The notes beneath the pieces were generated by a model. It was not told the origin of the DNA. It did no database searches and saw only the letters and a program-made list of their open reading frames with translations. DNA of 58,641 bases from positions 74,499,674-74,558,314 of the forward strand of contig NC_068983.1 in assembly GCF_001194135.2 (NCBI RefSeq), in the 5' to 3' direction. Each line of letters begins with the position of its first letter. Within the stretch, counting starts at the first letter, position 1. Below, in pieces: positions 52,305-58,641 of this stretch. The DNA comes from Octopus bimaculoides (Eukaryota). The position numbers and the translations under genes were made by a program.

Positions 52305-52314
52305 NNNNNNNNNN

Positions 52315-52380
<66 letters not shown>

Positions 52381-52420
52381 GCGTGCGTGTGTGTGCGTGC
52401 GTGTATGTCTGTGTGAGTGT
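52230..52420. repeat. (AT)n/(GT)n microsatellite with a 10-N gap
   Basis: Directly visible. Confidence 0.95.
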
Positions 52421-52783
52421 GTGTATGTATATAACTCTCTTTGTTACACCCACTCTCTACGTAATATAATGTATAATGTGTATATATAAACATTACACTT
52501 TATATCACTTAGAGAGAGTGTATAACGAAAAGAATTATATACATATATACGCACATTATATATAGGTATGTATATACACTCACGCATGCACGCATATATA
52601 CATATCTTTCATCGAGAATGGAAATGAAAACCATTCCTTCCTGTGATCGGCTAGAAAAATATTTAAGATATTAAGATCTTTTTTAACATGAAACCAATAA
52701 TAAATTTAATACACAAATGAAAATTCTATCCACGAATCAGGTGTTGAGCACTCTTTCGCATGGTACGAAATTTACGTATATAC

Positions 52784-52824
<41 letters not shown>

Positions 52825-54085
52825 CANNNNNNNNNNACACACACACACACACACACACACATATATGTAAATTCATAAATTCGGCAACGAGATTATTTTA
52901 CACTGGGAAGCTGCTGTGATTTCGACGCGAAACAAATCAGTAGCGACACAGATTTCGGAAGGATAGGTTAGGAATCGTTTTTGTCGTGATGAGTGCTGAG
53001 GAAGCTAAGGCATTTTATGCCAATGCAGAAACTAGTCCACGTAAATCCATATACTTAAATGTATGTGAGTAGATTGTCTTAACCAAATTTGCCTTCGTTT
53101 GTTTTCTGTAGTAATCACCAATGTATTTTTGGCGATTTAATAACGAGTTTTGACTGTTATTTCAAGCAGGTAGACATACTTAATATGTCTTTTAATTAAT
53201 TATAATCCCTCGGCTATTTAATGTTATTTTATGGCCTGCAGTTGCCTGTATTGTTGATTCTGTTATTACCATTCTTAAACAAGTGACAATGGATAATAAT
53301 AGATTTAACGGTACCTTTGTAAATTAATTTCATATGTATATATATATATATATATATACATACATATATATNNNNNNNNNNNNNNNNNNNNNNNNNNNNN
53401 NNNNNNNNNNNNNNNNNNNNNNNNNNNNNNNNNNNNNNNNNNNNNNNNNNNNNNNNNNNNNNNNNNNNNNNNNNNNNNNNNNNNNNNNNNNNNNNNNNNN
53501 NNNNNNNNNNNNNNNNNNNNNNNNNNNNNNNNNNNNNNNNNNNNNNNNNNNNNNNNNNNNNNNNNNNNNNNNNNNNNNNNNNNNNNNNNNNNNNNNNNNN
53601 NNNNNNNNNNNNNNNNNNNNNNNNNNNNNNNNNNNNNNNNNNNNNNNNNNNNNNNNNNNNNNNNNNNNNNNNNNNNNNNNNNNNNNNNNNNNNNNNNNNN
53701 NNNNNNNNNNNNNNNNNNNNNNNNNNNNNNNNNNNNNNNNNNNNNNNNNNNNNNNNNNNNNNNNNNNNNNNNNNNNNNNNNNNNNNNNNNNNNNNNNNNN
53801 NNNNNNNNNNNNNNNNNNNNNNNNNNNNNNNNNNNNNNNNNNNNNNNNNNNNNNNNNNNNNNNNNNNNNNNNNNNNNNNNNNNNNNNNNNNNNNNNNNNN
53901 NNNNNNNNNNNNNNNNNNNNNNNNNNNNNNNNNNNNNNNNNNNNNNNNNNNNNNNNNNNNNNNNNNNNNNNNNNNNNNNNNNNNNNNNNNNNNNNNNNNN
54001 NNNNNNNNNNNNNNNNNNNNNNNNNNNNNNNNNNNNNNNNNNNNNNNNNNNNNNNNNNNNNNNNNNNNNNNNNNNNNNNNNNNNN

Positions 54086-54170
<85 letters not shown>

Positions 54171-54191
54171 TTCTCTCTTTCTCTCTCGCTT

Positions 54192-54240
<49 letters not shown>

Positions 54241-54760
54241 ATATATACACAAAAATATCTGTAAAAATAGATGATGTTAAAAATAATAATGATAAAAAGG
54301 ACGAAGACGACGACAGTGATGACGATGATGATGATGATGAAGAGGATGCTGATACTGAAAATGTGAATGATGATGATGATGAATGATGAAGATGATGGTA
54401 ATGATGATGATGATGATGATGATGACTGATGACGTCGACAAAGACGAAGACAATGATGGTGAAGACAATGATAGGAAGAAGCTGGAGAAAGTGAAAATGC
54501 ACCTTGATAATAAGTCTACTAGGCCTAAAGACTATGATATGCATATTGATAAGGATAATGATGATTATGGAACTGCTGTTAAAACCGATGACGATGAAGA
54601 AAGGCAGGAGCTTGCAATGTTTGAAAGAAAGAGTAACGGGATGAAAATGGTGACGCTGCTCCTGACTATTATGATGAATGGAGTGATAATGATTTGAAGA
54701 ATATGACCAATTAAATTGGTCTAATGATGATGATGACAATGGCGACACGTAGGAAGAAGA
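54086..54760. repeat. (ATCT)n/(AT)n/(CT)n microsatellites followed by a long decayed (GAT)n tract
   Basis: Directly visible; GAT/GAC/GAA-rich sequence continues to about 54760. Confidence 0.85.
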
Positions 54761-55259
54761 ATAGATGTAGGAAATTTTTAAAAAAATGAGTAGATGGTGA
54801 TAACATTGATAATTATAATCATTAGTTTTGAAAACAAAATGATTTGTCAGTCATAAATATCTTGAAGCCCTATTTTCAACGAATTATTTTGTTTAGCGAT
54901 TCATGGTTATTTGCTTTATATTAATATTTTAGTCATAATTAAATGTAAACTTATGTTTTTATAAATAGTTTTCTTAATATAGTTTGAAAATCTCAATTGT
55001 CATGTTGAAATTATTAAAATATAATAACCTGCAATAAATGATTTGAAAAGTTAAATTAGAAACATTGGTACTTCCCTTTGTGTTTTATATCATCTATTAA
55101 TTTCAAACGATTTCGATATCAGTTGTGAGAGAAATCTGCTTGTGTGGAAAGGCTGCACCATCAACAGAGAGAATTTTTTTGTTTTCGTGACGTATCCTAT
55201 GTCGTTATGAGTTCGATGTCAATTGTGACAATAAATTGTTTGACTGAAGAATCTACGTG

Positions 55260-55640
55260 GTTATGATTTCGATATAAATAGCAGGAATAAATTTCTTGCG
55301 TGAAGTAGCGATGGCGTTGTGATACTTATTTAAACGGTGAGAATTGATTGCTTGAGTGAAGTTTCTTCAAATAGCAAAGTGATTATGGTTTTGATATAAA
55401 CTGCAAGAATCGTGTTGAAGTAGCTACTTCACAATGAAGTTGATATAAACGGCGAGATACTTTCACTAGAATGACGTAGTTTATATGTTATATAATAAAA
55501 CGTAAACAGCGTGAATAATTTGCTGAAATAGCTAAGTGATAAGATTTTAATATCAACAGTTTTCTTGAGTATAGTCTCCATATTGTTAAATTTCCATATA
55601 AAGATCGAGCAACGTTTGCTTGAGTGAAGTAGCTAGATCA
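55260..55640. repeat. Decayed minisatellite, period about 50-65 bp
   Basis: GATATAAA(C)..G..AGAAT recurs at 55271, about 55328, 55393, 55442 and about 55500. TGAAGTAGC/GCTTGAGTGAAGT recurs at 55301, 55350, 55416 and 55618. Confidence 0.6.
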
Positions 55641-56141
55641 GCTATATCATTAGGAGCATCTTATTATTATTTATGAAGATCAGCGAAAAAGAAAAAAGAA
55701 AAGGACATGTTTCTCTTAATGTGTGAATAATTCACTTGGCAACGGTAATAATATTATATTGTTACTAATATCAGTCATGTTCGATTTTCTCATCGAACTT
55801 ATTCGTATATAAGATTTCACCACATATGCTAATAACTTCAACGAAAGGAAATGTTTCCGTTACGGAGTAAGCCATTATAAAAAGAAAAATGTTTCCATAT
55901 ATGTAGACATTAATGCATACGAACGTTAAGACATACATTTATTGCACACACACGCACACACAGACGTGGCCATATCATGTCGAAAGTACCGGTTCTTGTC
56001 CAAAGTTATGCAACGTTGAAACTAATTAGTACTGAGATGGGTCACTGCTTAGGAAACTATGGTGCTGTGAATATCAGATTTATTCAAGGCGATACCCCAG
56101 CATGGTCGCAGTCTCGATAAAAGAATTAAAAAATATATATC

Positions 56142-56193
<52 letters not shown>

Positions 56194-56669
56194 ACGTGTG
56201 TGTATGTATACATGCGTGTTCATGTGAGTTTGTGTGTGTATGCATGTTCGTATGTATATTCATTTATTTGGTGCTGACACTAGTTTCCCGTTTCTGTTTC
56301 CGCATTTTAGTTTTTCCCTGAGATGGTCTGAAGCTAAATAACCTAAGAAAGCTCAGATGGATTAACTGCAAACATTTTAATGCAATTTATATTAGTCACT
56401 TCGCTATTTTTGGCATTATTAGAATAGCATGCACTATGAGCACCAAGTTACTGAATAATTATATTGTGCGTATAAATCGTACATTTAATATAGGAGAAAT
56501 ATTCTTTTATCTATTTTGAGCAAAGGGATTTGACATATGATTTGTGATGTAATCCGTAGCTATATCCTCCATCTCTCCTGATGTCTTTAAAATCTATTAT
56601 CGTTGCCAAATATGGACATTTGGGTACAAATCGGGATATTTGTACAGCCTATTATTTCAAGCCAAACAT

Positions 56670-56800
56670 TTCACCGGTTTTTATTTTATCGACACCAAAA
56701 AGAAGAAAAGCGAAGTCAACTGTAGTGGGATTTGAACTTTGAACTTAAAACTACACAACTAAATGCCACAAGGCATTTTGTTCGTCTCTCTACGGACTCT
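56670..56800 (-). mobile_element. Family A SINE, degraded
   Basis: TTATTTTATCGACACCAAAAAGAAGAAAAGCGAAGTCAAC ... GGATTTGAACT ... CAAGGCATTTTG. Confidence 0.55.
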
Positions 56801-57021
56801 GGCAACCTAGATGTCTAATATCAACAACAATTGCGCTAAATTATGCGTTTCCATACTGCTTGTTAAGCGTTCTTACTATCAATTGCAACATCTTGATTAT
56901 TGTTGCTATTGAATACTAACAAACCTAAATCTCATCCTCTCTGTATCCATCTAATCCTGTTTGAAGTACATTAAATACTATACTAAAGTAATACATTATA
57001 CTGACTCTGATTTTCGGACTG

Positions 57022-57247
57022 TTGAAGATGTCTTTTCTCATGTTTCCTTCTGACAAAAGTTTCTCTCTTCCATTACTTCTTTCCGTCTTCAATGTCTCCT
57101 TTCATTTTTCTTTTCTTCCTTTTCCCCGCTACATTTTTGTGGTCAATATTGCTAGTTCTTTCTATATTTCTTCCTTTCTTCGCTTTTCTCTACATTTGTT
57201 TGTTTCTCTCTTTCCTTCCTTCCTTCTTTTCTTCCTTCCTTCCTTTC

Positions 57248-57292
<45 letters not shown>

Positions 57293-57600
57293 TATACATC
57301 TGCCTAGCCAATTGTGTATATATGTATCAACCTAACTTTTCATTCTCTTTTGTCTACGTATGTATCTTTCATCCTTTCCTATTTCATTCTAACGTTCTAT
57401 GTTCAGTTTTGTTTCTCTTTTACGATATCTCTCTCACTCGCTCACTCAAAATTCTTTTCATGTATTTCGTCACTCATGTTATGTTTGCACTTCTTTTCCT
57501 CTATCATCTTTCTTTTCTACATTTTTACCTTCCCTCTTTTTAATCATCATTCACTTTTTTCACTCCTTGTTTAATAATTTCTTCCTTTCCTAAAGCATGT
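57022..57600. repeat. Pyrimidine-rich low-complexity tract with (TTTC)n/(TTCC)n core
   Basis: Directly visible; core at about 57210-57290. Confidence 0.85.
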
Positions 57601-58601
57601 CCCCATTCACACTCACCGCGTCATTCTTTAAAACATTTCCTATCGTTGACCAGGATTTCGATAGTATGGGTAGAGTTGCAATATTAATTAAAATTCTCCT
57701 TCAACTTTCTTCTCCTCAGAAATAAACTAAACTACATGTGCGCATTTAATGGCACCCATACTGCTTGCATCTCATAAACAAGACAAAATATAAAAAAAAT
57801 ATGGTAAAACATGGTAATAAAGGATACAAACGCACGTTATAAGCCCTGAATAACAACAAGTCACGAAAGTTTGTGGTAATGAACTTGTGGTTGCGTTTCG
57901 AGAGGTAGAGACAGTTTTGGCGATATTTGTAGTGACATGTGCAGAAATTATAATCATAGTATTTGTAGTGCTGTGCTTTTGTTTTATTCGTGTGGACGGT
58001 GATATGAGTGATGCAGATGGTATTGGTTGTTGTTTAAGAGACCATCGTATATGAGTGACGATAATATTGTGGTTATGACATTGAGTTGAAATGACATGTT
58101 TTTAGGATTAAAATGTTAATAGTCACAAAGGTGGAGATTCCAGTCTTCTTTGAAGAATCTTTGCACATTAAAATATTGAAATTAGTTTTTATTTCCATTA
58201 GATAATAATGATTTTCCAGTTTCTACTTTAATTGTCGTTGTATAGTGCCAAGTCAGTTCTGAGTTTGAGCAGAACTAAGATTAAAGGTATGCTAACTATG
58301 GCCACCTTGACTACTTTTAGATGCAGTGTGTCCCGACTGCATAATTCAAGTTTTTTTTTTATGAAGACGGTTGGATGCAACATGAAGGGTAGTATTTTTT
58401 TGTTAGAGCTATTAATGATTTTGTATTTGTTTTAGTTTCTAATTCGCGGTGATAGCAGTATTCAATTGAGATAAAATTTAAACTGAATATTCTGCAGTCC
58501 CAATGTGAAAGTGATCTGTGGTGATATCTCATTGGCGAAATGACGCATTAAAACTGAACACCGCACATTTCTAAAAAATCTTTTAGAAATAAATGTATGC
58601 G

Positions 58602-58641
<40 letters not shown>

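Overview
AT-rich, microsatellite-dense eukaryotic genomic DNA, apparently intronic or intergenic, from a gapped draft assembly (14 N-runs, about 4.9 kb, nearly all bounded by simple repeats). The repeat landscape looks like an octopus/coleoid cephalopod genome; this is an inference, no search was run. There is no confident intact protein-coding gene, and almost all ORFs in the supplied track are translations of microsatellites or N-gaps. Supported content: (1) a complete non-autonomous Helitron at 41119-42357 (minus strand; TC...hairpin-CTAG ends, A|T target) carrying a frameshifted Pif1-type helicase fragment; (2) the left end of a mariner element with its transposase N-terminus (30485-30752); (3) many tRNA-derived SINE copies of about four families, including copies with clear TSDs, a head-to-tail dimer, and a CORE-like SINE with an internal microsatellite; (4) several fold-back elements, including a perfect 88-bp palindrome inside a 117-bp insert with a 12-bp TSD; (5) weak splice-signal evidence for possible exons near 7.6-8.1 kb and 27.7-29.8 kb. 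I found no evidence for a new multi-gene biological system. The most interesting signals concern mobile-element structure and dsRNA-forming potential.
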